Shown: one piece after another, positions 37,679 to 46,841 of the stretch
How positions within the stretch are numbered: the stretch's first letter is position 1
Layout of the letters: the number at the start of each line of letters is the position of its first letter
Assembly (NCBI GenBank): GCA_040767085.1
Contig: JAXGPF010000005.1
Coordinates: forward strand, 128,001-192,000
Reading direction: 5' to 3'
DNA length: 64,000 nucleotides
Source of the DNA: Kiritimatiellia bacterium
GTDB taxonomy: Bacteria > Verrucomicrobiota > Kiritimatiellia > JAAZAB01
Program-made: the position numbers and the translations under genes
Notes under the pieces: generated by a model
Seen by the model: the letters and a program-made list of their open reading frames with translations, nothing else
What the model was told of the DNA's origin: nothing
Database searches by the model: none

Positions 37679-38983
37679 ATGCTGGCTTGCGCAAAACGCC
37701 TGGATATCACACCGTCCGGTCCAGTCTGGATGGATGGCATGATCCGCGCCCATCCCTCCACCGGCGTCCATGATCCGATTTACGCCAAAGCCCTCGCCCT
37801 GGCGCATTCCCGGCGCCCGGAAGATTGTTTTGTGCTGGTCTCGCTGGATGTCTGCGTACTGCGCACGGAGGACGCCCGGGATATCCGCCAAACCGCCGCC
37901 CGCGCCGCCGGCATTCCCGCCGGCAATATCATCCTGGCCGCGACCCACAATCATTCCGGCCCCGCCCTGGCCGGCATCCTGACTCCTGCAGCGGACGCGT
38001 ATCTGGGCGAATTGAAACCGCGCTTGTCGGATTTGATCGCGCAAACCGCCGGCGGCCTGGCGCCCGCCGCGGCCGGCTGGGCGGCCGGCGCGGAAAAAAC
38101 CATCAGCCATTACCGGCGCCTCATGGCGGATGATGGCCATGTGGTGATGAACTGGGAGCCATATGCCCCGGAACACATCATCGGGCCGCTGGGCAAAATT
38201 GACCCGGAAGTCCTGGCGCTGCGGGTAACCGCCGCCGGCGCGGCGGCGGAACCGATCGCCCTGCTGTTCAACCACGCCGGCCACCCAAATGTCCTCTCGG
38301 GCGATAATTACCTGATCAGCGGCGATTATCCCGGCCTGGCTGAAAAAATCCTCCAGGAAAAATGCGGCGGGGTGGCCCTCTTTCTGAACGGCGCACAGGG
38401 TTCCGTGGACATTGACGGGCTGAAAGACCGCGACGATGCCGGATTGCAGCGCGTCGCCCGGGCCCTGGCGGAAACTGTCCGGCCGCTGGCGGACAAAATC
38501 CGCCTGGCCGACCAGCCAATCGCCGGCGCGAATCATACCTTCAATGTGCCCTCCCGGAAGATCACCGATGAAGAAATTGAATGGGCGAACGGAATATTGA
38601 AGCAAACCGGGGGCGCCATCCAGTCCATGGCTGACGGCGTTGGCGACGACTATAAGGCCCGGCTCTATACTTCCCTGCGGCAAATTCAGGATCAGGACAT
38701 TGTCATCGAGCAGACCTGTGTGGCCGTCGGCGATGCCGCGCTGATCACCTTCCCCGGCGAGTTGTTCACCGAAATCGGCATGCGGATCAAAGCCAAGAGC
38801 CCGTTCCGCCACACCGCCATCGTCGGCCTGGCTAACGGCTATATTGGTTACGTCCCCACCGCCAAGGCCATTCTGGAAGGCGGCTACGAATCCGACACCC
38901 GGCGGTTGGACGCCGCCGCCGAGGACTTGATTGTGGAGCACAGTTTGAAATTATTGAACCGGGTACAACGAGCGCAACGATGA
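37679..38983 (+). CDS. Neutral/alkaline ceramidase-like amidohydrolase
   Basis: HDPIYAKAL, ATHNHSGP, ISGDYPG, FLNGAQG, FPGELF and ANGYIGYVPT...GGYE; GGGAGG RBS. Confidence 0.78.
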   Translation: MLACAKRLDITPSGPVWMDGMIRAHPSTGVHDPIYAKALALAHSRRPEDCFVLVSLDVCVLRTEDARDIRQTAARAAGIPAGNIILAATHNHSGPALAGILTPAADAYLGELKPRLSDLIAQTAGGLAPAAAGWAAGAEKTISHYRRLMADDGHVVMNWEPYAPEHIIGPLGKIDPEVLALRVTAAGAAAEPIALLFNHAGHPNVLSGDNYLISGDYPGLAEKILQEKCGGVALFLNGAQGSVDIDGLKDRDDAGLQRVARALAETVRPLADKIRLADQPIAGANHTFNVPSRKITDEEIEWANGILKQTGGAIQSMADGVGDDYKARLYTSLRQIQDQDIVIEQTCVAVGDAALITFPGELFTEIGMRIKAKSPFRHTAIVGLANGYIGYVPTAKAILEGGYESDTRRLDAAAEDLIVEHSLKLLNRVQRAQR

Positions 38984-39144
38984 GAGTGAATTTCAAAAGT
39001 CCGCGCAGAACGGTTGGGGTGTAACCCAACCCTCCAAAAACCTGTGGTTCTTGTGTTCTGGGAGGGCCGGCTTCCCCGCCATAGTTCGCCGCGGCGAACT
39101 ATGGCGGGCACAGCCACGCCGGCCAAGACTCTTGAAATTGGCTC
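38984..39144. mobile_element. 161-bp MITE-like element containing a 34-bp perfect palindrome
   Basis: Terminal inverted repeats GAGTGAATTTCAAAAGTC and (reverse complement) GAGCCAATTTCAAGAGTC match 15/18. Internal palindrome CCCGCCATAGTTCGCCGCGGCGAACTATGGCGGG at 39075-39108. No clear target duplication. Confidence 0.55.
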
Positions 39145-39181
39145 ATCATTCTTAGTTCATCATTCATAATTTACCGCGCCC

Positions 39182-40606
39182 ATGGCCACCCAATCCCTCA
39201 GTTTATTGCAATCCCAGAGGCAGATTCAGACACTGGCGCCGCAATTGCGCCAGTCGCTCGAATTGCTGCAGGTGCCGGCGCTGGAGCTGCGCGCCATGAT
39301 TCAGAAGGAACTCCAGCAGAATCCCACCCTGGAGGAAAAGCCGTCCGACACCCCGCCCATTGAAATCGAACCGGGCGCCAGCGCGGTGGACGATGCCGGG
39401 GAAATGAGTTTCAAGGAAGAATTCGATATCCTGTCCCGCATGGACGACGAGTGGTGCGAATATTTCATGCAGGAACAGGAATACCGCGCTCCCGACCCGG
39501 ATTACGACAAAAAACAGGAGTTTTTGATTAATTCCGCGGGGGAATCGCTCCAGGAACACCTGCGCCGGCAGTTGGCAGTCGCCGCCCTTGACGAACGCGA
39601 CCGGCGGCTCGGGGAATTGCTGATTGGCTCCATCAACGAGGACGGTTTCCTGGCGCAATCGCTGGAAGCCCTGGCGGAATCCGCCGGCGCCGATCCGTCG
39701 CGCCTGCAGGACGTGCTGAACCTGATCCAGGATTTCAGCCCGGTGGGCGTCGGCGCCCGCGACTTGCGGGAATGCCTGCTGCTGCAGCTGGAGCGGCTGG
39801 GCCACGCCGGTTCGATTGCCGCCCCCATTGTGGAACAGCACCTGGAACTGCTGGGCCGCCATGAATACCGGGAGATCGCCCGTCTGTTAAACCAGCCGCT
39901 GGCGGAGGTGCATCGGGCCGCGCGCCTGATCGCCACGCTCGATCCGCGCCCCGGACGCGCATTCAACGCGGATGTGACCCAGTATATCGTTCCGGAAGTC
40001 ACCGTGGAAAAGGTCAACGGCCGGTACATCGTCATGCTGAGCAACGACCACCTGCCGCACCTGCGCATCAGCCGGCAGTACCGGGAGTTGATGCAGCAGC
40101 GCGAGACGCAGGCGGAAGTCCGGGACTACATCCGCGACCGCATCCGCTCCGGCATCCTGCTTATCAAAAGCATCGCGCAGCGTCAGCAGACCATCTACCG
40201 CGTCGCCGCGGAAATCGTCCGCGTGCAGAGCGACTTCCTCGACCGCGGCATCGCCCACCTCCGGCCGCTGGTGATGGCCGACATTGCGCGCAAGGTGAAA
40301 TTGCACGAAACCACGATTTCCCGGTGTGTGGCCAACAAGTACATGCAGACGCCCCAGGGCATTTTCGAAATGAAGTACTTCTTCACCCCGGGTCTCAAAA
40401 CCGACGGCGGCGCAACTGTCTCCAACAAAACGGTGCAGGACATGCTCCAAACCCTGGTGGCGCAGGAAAATCCCGCGCAGCCGCTGGCCGACCAGGAAAT
40501 CCAGGCGCGGCTGCAGCAGCAGGGCATCCAGGTCGCGCGCCGCACCATCGCCAAGTACCGGCTCGCCCTCAAAATTCCGCCATCGCACCTGCGGAAAACT
40601 TCCTGA
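39182..40606 (+). CDS. rpoN: RNA polymerase sigma-54 factor
   Basis: Q-rich region I, PVGVGARDLRECLLLQL, LHETTISR and RpoN box ARRTIAKYR. Confidence 0.97.
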   Translation: MATQSLSLLQSQRQIQTLAPQLRQSLELLQVPALELRAMIQKELQQNPTLEEKPSDTPPIEIEPGASAVDDAGEMSFKEEFDILSRMDDEWCEYFMQEQEYRAPDPDYDKKQEFLINSAGESLQEHLRRQLAVAALDERDRRLGELLIGSINEDGFLAQSLEALAESAGADPSRLQDVLNLIQDFSPVGVGARDLRECLLLQLERLGHAGSIAAPIVEQHLELLGRHEYREIARLLNQPLAEVHRAARLIATLDPRPGRAFNADVTQYIVPEVTVEKVNGRYIVMLSNDHLPHLRISRQYRELMQQRETQAEVRDYIRDRIRSGILLIKSIAQRQQTIYRVAAEIVRVQSDFLDRGIAHLRPLVMADIARKVKLHETTISRCVANKYMQTPQGIFEMKYFFTPGLKTDGGATVSNKTVQDMLQTLVAQENPAQPLADQEIQARLQQQGIQVARRTIAKYRLALKIPPSHLRKTS

Positions 40607-40623
40607 ACACGCGGGCGCGGCGA

Positions 40624-42645
40624 TCACTCCACCCACACCGCCTCGTATTCGCGCAGCGGCGGCAGTTTAATCACACCGCCGCGGCCGATGCTCAACGCGC
40701 GGCCGGCGGTCAGAGAGCGCGCCCGCCGCGCGCCGCCGCGCACCCGCAATTCCAGTCCGTGGATTTCAGCCACCTGGCTGATGGGGCGGGTCATGCCGCC
40801 ATTGTAATTCACCAGGTGGATCAGGCGCCCGGACCGGCCGGCACAGCGCCGGATGGTGATCTCGATGGCGCCATTGCCCCCGCTCAATGCCACCGGCGGC
40901 CGGGCATGACCGGCCAGAATCCGGCCGATCAGCCGGTCGTAATGGGTAATCCCGAATTTTTTGTAGAACTCGAAAAACATCCCGGCGATGAACACCGCCT
41001 GGCCGCGTCCGAACCGGCGCGCCATGATAAAGGGATATTCCGGCGCTTCCGGCCGGCCGGAATACCGCCCGGCCAGCGGCGGGCACAACCGCCCGCGGAC
41101 GCAGCCCGGGGCGGCGGCCACGTCCAGCGCCAGCGTCGGCGCCGGCAGCAAGTCCACGCCTTCCGCGGCAAAAATATCCAGCGGCCGGGACAGGGCGAAG
41201 TAGTCGTGCGTCTGATAGCGGCGGTACCCCCGGCAGCGCGCGCCGAACAGATCGCGCAGCAGGAAATCCCGGCGCTTTTTGCCCTGCGCGTCAAACAGCG
41301 AAGTTTCGCCGTCCGCCAGCAGCAGGCCGCCCGCGCGCACGAACTCGCGTAAACGCCGGCCGGTATGCTCGGACATGCAGGCGATGTTGGGCAGCACCAG
41401 CGCCCGGTAGCGCGCCAGCCGGTCAACATTCAATTCCGTCGCGAGGTCGAAGGGGATGCCGGCACGGAACAGGGCGCCGGCGGCGCCGTTGAGTCCGGCC
41501 ATGTAATCGCCGGCCGCGCCGGCGCACTGCTTGCCGGAACTGTCATACAGGTCGGACGCCTCGCCGGAAGACGTGTAATGGGCGGCCGTATCAAACGAGT
41601 GAAACAGCGCCGTTTCCGCGGCGCTTTCGGTGTCGGCATAGCAGGCGGCATGCCGGCGGTCGAATTGCACCATTTCCTGCGCGGCCGCGCCAGTGCGCGA
41701 CCGCAGCCGGCTGGTGGCGCAATGGATGCCGTACCAGACACTGGCGCCGCTGGCGAGGGTTGAGGCGTAACACAGCCGGGTTTCCGCCGGGGTATGCAGG
41801 TACCATGACCAGGGCTTGTGGTCGCCGGCCATGAAAATTACCCGGGGCTTGTCGCCAGCCACCGCCTCCACCGCCCGCGCCTGCAGGCCGCAGCGCCAGA
41901 TATCGGTGTGAGCCGGCGGACCGTAAAACTGGAACCCGCCTTCCGTGCCCACGATATCGTTGCAGGCCAGCAGCGCGCGCATATCGTCCGCGCCGCCGCC
42001 GCCGTGCAGCAAGCCCATGTTGTTATACGCCAGCCAGGCCGGGTTGACCTGTTTCACGCGCGCGTAAGCCTTGCGCAGGAATTCCAGGCGGGCGGCGCGG
42101 GCGAAGCCGGCCAGGACGGCTGGCGCGGCCTTGCGCATGGCCAGGCCGTGCCGCGCCCGGAACAGTTTCTGGCAGCGGGGGCAGAAGCAGGGGATGGACA
42201 CCGGCCCGTCGAAAAACACCCCGGCGATTTCAAACGGCGCCAGGCTGTCAATGACGTCCATGAAATATTCCACCCAACTGGAATTCAGGCAGCAGCTGTA
42301 ATAGGTGCCGTACAGTTTCGTGTATGCGCCGGTCCGATCCACCAGCGCCCATTCCGCGGCGCGCCGGTTCTGGGAGGCCAGCAGAATGTGGCAATTCAGG
42401 TAGAGAATGGTTTTGATCCCGCGCCGGCGCGATTCCGCCAGGTATTTTTTCAGCTTCGCGCCATGGCGCGCCGCATCGAACACGGCCGAATACAACTCCG
42501 CGTGCGTATGAAAAAGCTGTTCGGTATCAAACCCGAACTCCTGCCACAAACCGGGCACCTTCATGGTCCGCGCGGGGCCGCCTTCAAAATCGCATTGCAG
42601 GGCGGCGGTCCGCATATGTTTGTTGATGGGATGGCCTGGTTTCAT
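40624..42645 (-). CDS. Putative glycoside hydrolase with GH42-like trimerisation domain
   Basis: CCLNS, GVFFDGP...CFCPRCQKLF and class-I GATase-like LARYRALVLPNIACMS...FVRAGGLLLADGETS; GGAG RBS. Confidence 0.75.
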   Translation of the reverse strand: MKPGHPINKHMRTAALQCDFEGGPARTMKVPGLWQEFGFDTEQLFHTHAELYSAVFDAARHGAKLKKYLAESRRRGIKTILYLNCHILLASQNRRAAEWALVDRTGAYTKLYGTYYSCCLNSSWVEYFMDVIDSLAPFEIAGVFFDGPVSIPCFCPRCQKLFRARHGLAMRKAAPAVLAGFARAARLEFLRKAYARVKQVNPAWLAYNNMGLLHGGGGADDMRALLACNDIVGTEGGFQFYGPPAHTDIWRCGLQARAVEAVAGDKPRVIFMAGDHKPWSWYLHTPAETRLCYASTLASGASVWYGIHCATSRLRSRTGAAAQEMVQFDRRHAACYADTESAAETALFHSFDTAAHYTSSGEASDLYDSSGKQCAGAAGDYMAGLNGAAGALFRAGIPFDLATELNVDRLARYRALVLPNIACMSEHTGRRLREFVRAGGLLLADGETSLFDAQGKKRRDFLLRDLFGARCRGYRRYQTHDYFALSRPLDIFAAEGVDLLPAPTLALDVAAAPGCVRGRLCPPLAGRYSGRPEAPEYPFIMARRFGRGQAVFIAGMFFEFYKKFGITHYDRLIGRILAGHARPPVALSGGNGAIEITIRRCAGRSGRLIHLVNYNGGMTRPISQVAEIHGLELRVRGGARRARSLTAGRALSIGRGGVIKLPPLREYEAVWVE

Positions 42646-42764
42646 AAATTAACCTTCTCCGTCCTCAACTGAATGGGTTGGCAAATATCCGCTATCTCAA
42701 CGAAATCTAAGGTTTCCGACCGCAAAACTCCAGCATAAACAAGCCCGTTCTTTTTCCATGGTAT

Positions 42765-43009
42765 CACGACTGCGTCATTCTCGGCGGCTCGCTCCCGCTC
42801 CTTGCGCGCCGTTCCGGATCGGAGGCGGCCAAGGGACTGGCCGCCTTACCGATGTAATTGGATGGGTAGGGCGGTCAGTCCCTTGACCGCCTCGGCGCAT
42901 TTCTTGGACGAGATATCCCTGCGGGCTACGTCCGGCTTTGACGGACTTCGCTGAAGCTATGCAGGGCAAGCCGTACCGAGCCGTCTGTTCTGAGAATGAC
43001 GCAGCCGTG
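42765..43009. mobile_element. 245-bp MITE-like element A (18-bp IR, 10-bp target duplication)
   Basis: IRs CACGACTGCGTCATTCTC / GAGAATGACGCAGCCGTG (1 mismatch), flanked exactly by TCCATGGTAT at 42755-42764 and 43010-43019. Confidence 0.88.
42822..42893. repeat. Inverted GTAG-type REP doublet inside element A
   Basis: 42822-42850 and 42865-42893 are inverted 29-bp copies (3 mismatches). Each forms an 8-bp hairpin, with a compensatory pair change between them. Confidence 0.8.
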
Positions 43010-43020
43010 TCCATGGTATG

Positions 43021-43220
43021 GGGCGCATCTGCGATTCGTTGCAGGCAAGCAGGCGCCGGCAACGCGATTGGTTGCTTGCTCACAGTCTTTGGCCGCGCAG
43101 CGGCTTTGGAGTGCGCAGGGCTCGACTGCGCTTTTGATAGGCTTGCGTTGAAACCGTCAAATCCGGCGTAGCCGGACACATGCCAAATATGCGGCAAGTC
43201 AATGAATCGCAGATGCACCC
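43021..43220. mobile_element. 200-bp MITE-like element B (21-bp IR, 8-bp target duplication)
   Basis: IRs GGGCGCATCTGCGATTCGTTG / CAATGAATCGCAGATGCACCC (2 mismatches), flanked exactly by ATGGTATG at 43013-43020 and 43221-43228. Confidence 0.88.
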
Positions 43221-43247
43221 ATGGTATGCATCCGCAGCATAATTTCA

Positions 43248-44633
43248 TGTTCGTAACAAGTCAAGTGTCCGCTTTTTGTAACAAGTGATCTGTCCGATTT
43301 GTTATTGTGTGTTGTTGCTCCTGGGGTGAGGATTTTCCTCCCCCGCGGGGGAGGAAAAAGTTTATGCGACGTCCTCCAGCGACGCCGAAATGTTCAACGG
43401 TCCTTGGTAGCGGCCAACCACATGCGGGCCATAACGGATGGACACCGTGCCATCGAGGTGCTCGCAGACTTTAACCCGGCACTTGGCGAAGCTGAAACGC
43501 CATTTTGATGGTCCAATCTGCAAGCGGCGACTCCCGACAGCCACGGTATTGTCATTTTGAACCTCTCGCGCATGCTGCACACAGAAAATGCTGTCCAAAT
43601 CCTGCTCACCGCAAGGCACGAAACACGTTCCTGTTTCCCGCGCCTTCACCTTCATGTTGCGATTGAAGGAAGGCAGAAACTGTTGTTGAATATAGACGTT
43701 GGCCTCGGCCATCGTCCGGATTCCCGCCTGCCTTAATTCCTGCGGCAGGCGCCCTTGCCAGGTCTTAAACATCCGCTCTATTCGCCCACGTCCCTGGGGG
43801 CTATAGCTCGGAATATGTTCGATCCCCAACTGTTGCAACGCCCGTCCAATTTGCGTCAATTGACGCCGGTCCACCGCCCCGCCTTCTTTGGGCGTATAAA
43901 AGAAATGACTGCCACGATCCGTGTACAGACTGCAGAAAACCCCATGTTTAATAATGACTTCTTTCAACCCCTTCATCACCGTTAATGTCCCTTCCTGGGG
44001 CACAAGATAGGCCGTGTAGACTTCGCTGGTGGCATCGTCCATCACCAGGATCAGATCCTGCTTCTGGCCCGCCAGCAGGGGCAACCAGGCATGGGTGCTG
44101 CCATCCACCATCAACATCATCCCCGCCATTGGTCGCCGTTCCCGCTGCTGCCGATGCGGCCCTCGTTTCCGGGCCTTCGCCACCAACCCGGCCGTCTGCA
44201 AGGCGCTCTTGACCCACTGATAACTGAGCTCGATCCCATGCTCCGCCTGCAGCTTCTCGTGAAAATGCCTCACATTGAAATCCATGTATTCTTCTCGGTA
44301 CAACCTCAGCACCTGCTTCACCGTCGCAAGGGGCACGCGCCGCGGCCCCGGTATCTTCCGCCGACGATCCAGCAGCCCGTCGTAACCATACCGCTCGTAG
44401 CGCCCTTTCCAGCGCCGCATGGTCCGGTAGCTCACACCTAGTATCTCCGCCGCCTCCCACCACATTAACCGCCCTTCAATCGCACGCAAGATCACTTCCT
44501 GTACCTTCATTGCCCGCTCCAGTGCTGCCTTCGGATATTCATCCATATAACCCCCCTTTGAATGCACCATCCTGACAGCTTTAAGCGGACAAATCATTTG
44601 TTAATTATGCGGCCAAGTCATTTGTTTACGACA
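43248..44633 (-). mobile_element. Complete insertion sequence, IS1202 family (ISNCY, IS481-related), 1386 bp, 15-bp target duplication
   Basis: TGT...ACA ends with internally repeated IR subunits (AACAA.T.....GTCCG). Direct repeat CGCAGCATAATTTCA at 43233-43247 and 44634-44648. Confidence 0.9.
43362..44546 (-). CDS. DDE transposase (IS1202/ISNCY)
   Basis: N-terminal HTH (EAAEILGVSYRTMRR), DGSTHAW, DDATS, YTDRGSHF and SPQGRGRIERMFKTWQGRL; uninterrupted frame. Confidence 0.95.
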   Translation of the reverse strand: MDEYPKAALERAMKVQEVILRAIEGRLMWWEAAEILGVSYRTMRRWKGRYERYGYDGLLDRRRKIPGPRRVPLATVKQVLRLYREEYMDFNVRHFHEKLQAEHGIELSYQWVKSALQTAGLVAKARKRGPHRQQRERRPMAGMMLMVDGSTHAWLPLLAGQKQDLILVMDDATSEVYTAYLVPQEGTLTVMKGLKEVIIKHGVFCSLYTDRGSHFFYTPKEGGAVDRRQLTQIGRALQQLGIEHIPSYSPQGRGRIERMFKTWQGRLPQELRQAGIRTMAEANVYIQQQFLPSFNRNMKVKARETGTCFVPCGEQDLDSIFCVQHAREVQNDNTVAVGSRRLQIGPSKWRFSFAKCRVKVCEHLDGTVSIRYGPHVVGRYQGPLNISASLEDVA

Positions 44634-44666
44634 CGCAGCATAATTTCATTGCCAAACGCAAAAAAG

Positions 44667-44675
44667 TGGTATAAT
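44667..44675 (+). promoter_or_regulatory. Extended -10 promoter element
   Basis: TGGTATAAT (TGn + TATAAT) about 55 bp before ATG 44730; TTGCCA at 44649 with a short 15-bp spacer. Confidence 0.5.
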
Positions 44676-44729
44676 AAACACTTATGGCACTATCGAATAG
44701 GCCATCGGCAGGCAGGCAATATCCTGAAC

Positions 44730-45563
44730 ATGAAAACAAGGCTAAACCTGATGTTCGCGCTGGCGCTGGCGGCGGGCTGGCAACCCTGCTGCCCGGCGGC
44801 CTCCGAATTGCCAGACTTCGCCCATTACCAGGTCATTCTGGACCGCAAGCCTTTTGGTGAAATTGCGCCCCCGGAGGGCGGCGATCCGGGCGCCGCGGCC
44901 AGCGGCACGTTTTCCCAGGACCTGGAACTGCGCGCCATCATTGACGAAGGAGACACCATGCGCGTCGGCATGTTCGACAAGCGCGGCAACCGCAGTTTTT
45001 ACATCAAGCAGGGCGAAACCGTGGACCAGTTGGAACTGGTCAGCGTGGATTACGACGCCGAAGAAGCCGTGCTCCGTAAAATGGATGAGACCATAGTTTT
45101 CAAACTGCGGCCCAACCAGGAAGGCGAAGCGCCCGCGGCAGCCGCCCCCGCGCCGCCCCGGGCGCCAGCCGCCGATGCGCCGCCATTCGTGGCGCCGGCG
45201 CGCGGCGCCGCCGCGCGCCGGCCCTTCTTCGCCGAAATGAAACGGCGGCGCGAGGCGGCCGGCACCAACCTGCCGGCGCCGCGCGGGTTCGCGGAATTTT
45301 TCAAGCAAACCGCTCCGCCGGCCGGCGGGGGCACCAATCCGCCGGCGTCCTTCGGCCCATTCACGCCGGTGGCCGGCACCAATGCGGGATTTATTCCGTT
45401 TGGCGCGCAGCCGGCGCCGGCCGCGTCGGAGGCCCCGGTTTTTTCACCGTTCCAGCCCCTTCAGCCTGACGCGGCCGAGCTGGCGGCGGAAGACTTGCAA
45501 CTCCCCGAGGAAAACGCCGCCCAGCCATTGGAGGCTGTCCCTTTTCAATTCATTACGGAATAA
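44730..45563 (+). CDS. Exported hypothetical protein (possibly GspC/PilP-like beta domain + Pro/Ala-rich tail)
   Basis: Signal peptide, YQVILDRKPFG and SFYIKQGETVDQLELVSVDY; low-complexity C-terminus. Confidence 0.6.
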   Translation: MKTRLNLMFALALAAGWQPCCPAASELPDFAHYQVILDRKPFGEIAPPEGGDPGAAASGTFSQDLELRAIIDEGDTMRVGMFDKRGNRSFYIKQGETVDQLELVSVDYDAEEAVLRKMDETIVFKLRPNQEGEAPAAAAPAPPRAPAADAPPFVAPARGAAARRPFFAEMKRRREAAGTNLPAPRGFAEFFKQTAPPAGGGTNPPASFGPFTPVAGTNAGFIPFGAQPAPAASEAPVFSPFQPLQPDAAELAAEDLQLPEENAAQPLEAVPFQFITE

Positions 45564-45581
45564 CGACCAGCTTCGCACACC

Positions 45582-46778
45582 ATGACAGCACAACCACCGC
45601 TTGACGGCATCTCGGTCATCCTGCCCTGCTTGAACGAAGAAGCTTCCATCGCCCAGGTCATCGCCAAGGCCCGCGCCGGCATCCAGCGCCTGGGTAAGCC
45701 CGGCGAAATCCTGGTGGTGGACAACGGCTCCAGCGATGACTCCGTGCGGATCGCCCGTGAAAACGGCGCGCGGGTTATCCACGAAAAAAACCGCGGCTAC
45801 GGCTCCGCCCTGCGCGCCGGTTTCCGCCAGGCCGCCCATGCCGTCATCGTGATGGGCGATGCCGACCTGACTTACGATTTCGAGCGGCTGGATATCCTCG
45901 TGCAGCCGATTCTCGACGGCCAGGCCGAACTGGTGATGGGCAACCGGATGCACCGCATCCGCCCCGGCGCCATGCCCGGCCTGCACCGCTACATCGGCAA
46001 CCCGCTGCTTTCGCTTTTCCTGCGCATCATGTTTCACAGCAACGCCGTGCATGACGCCCACTGCGGCATGCGCGCCATCACCAAGGCCGCTTACGAACGC
46101 CTGCATTGCGTCACCACCGGCATGGAATTCGCCAGCGAAATGGTCATCCGCGCCATCCGCTGCCAACTGCGCATCGCGGAACGCGACATCGAATACCATC
46201 CGCGCGTCGGCGAATCCAAACTGCGTTCCTTCAAGGACGGTTGGCGCCACTTGCGGTTTATGATCCTCCACAGCCCGACCATGCTGCTGTTGCTGCCCGG
46301 CGTCGTCTGCTGGCTGGCCGGCCTGGCCATATCGCTGCCGCTGGCCTTCGGCCCGATCATCCTGCAGCAGCGCGCCGTGGATATCCACTGCATGCTGCTG
46401 GGGGGTGTGCTGAACATCATCAGCATGCAGATCATTGCCGTGGGCATCCTGGCCAAGGCTTACGGGCATCTATCCGGCCTGCATTCCGACCAGTTGATTG
46501 CCTGGCTGTACCGCTGGTTCACTTTCGAACGCGCCTGCGTGATCGCCGCCGCCGTTTTCCTCGCCGGGCTCCTGATCGTGCTGCTGGTAATCGGCCAATG
46601 GGTGGCCAGCGGCTTCGGCGACCTCAACCAGCAGCGCCTGCTGTTCCTGGGCGTCATTTTCCTGGTGAATGGCGTGCAACTGGGCACCGCTTTCTACCTG
46701 CTGAGCATCATGGCGTTGCCGCGGCATCTCGACCAGATTCCACCCCAAGCCGCCGAAACCGGCATCCCGGACGCCTGA
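45582..46778 (+). CDS. GT2 glycosyltransferase (DPM1-like) with C-terminal TM helices
   Basis: SVILPCLNEE, VVDNGSSD, RGYGSAL, MGDADLTYD and DAHCGMR. Confidence 0.92.
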   Translation: MTAQPPLDGISVILPCLNEEASIAQVIAKARAGIQRLGKPGEILVVDNGSSDDSVRIARENGARVIHEKNRGYGSALRAGFRQAAHAVIVMGDADLTYDFERLDILVQPILDGQAELVMGNRMHRIRPGAMPGLHRYIGNPLLSLFLRIMFHSNAVHDAHCGMRAITKAAYERLHCVTTGMEFASEMVIRAIRCQLRIAERDIEYHPRVGESKLRSFKDGWRHLRFMILHSPTMLLLLPGVVCWLAGLAISLPLAFGPIILQQRAVDIHCMLLGGVLNIISMQIIAVGILAKAYGHLSGLHSDQLIAWLYRWFTFERACVIAAAVFLAGLLIVLLVIGQWVASGFGDLNQQRLLFLGVIFLVNGVQLGTAFYLLSIMALPRHLDQIPPQAAETGIPDA

Positions 46779-46841
46779 TCCCCGCGGGCAGCGTTCAGCC
46801 CGCCGGGCCGTCTTGACAAACCAATTACCATATTAAAAGTC

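Noticed and set aside
42775-43248. 157-aa and 77-aa ORFs
   Set aside because: They span non-coding MITE-like elements and have no protein motifs.
43333-43358. Intrinsic terminator for the transposase
   Set aside because: It is a perfect palindrome, but the T-run precedes rather than follows the stem on either strand.
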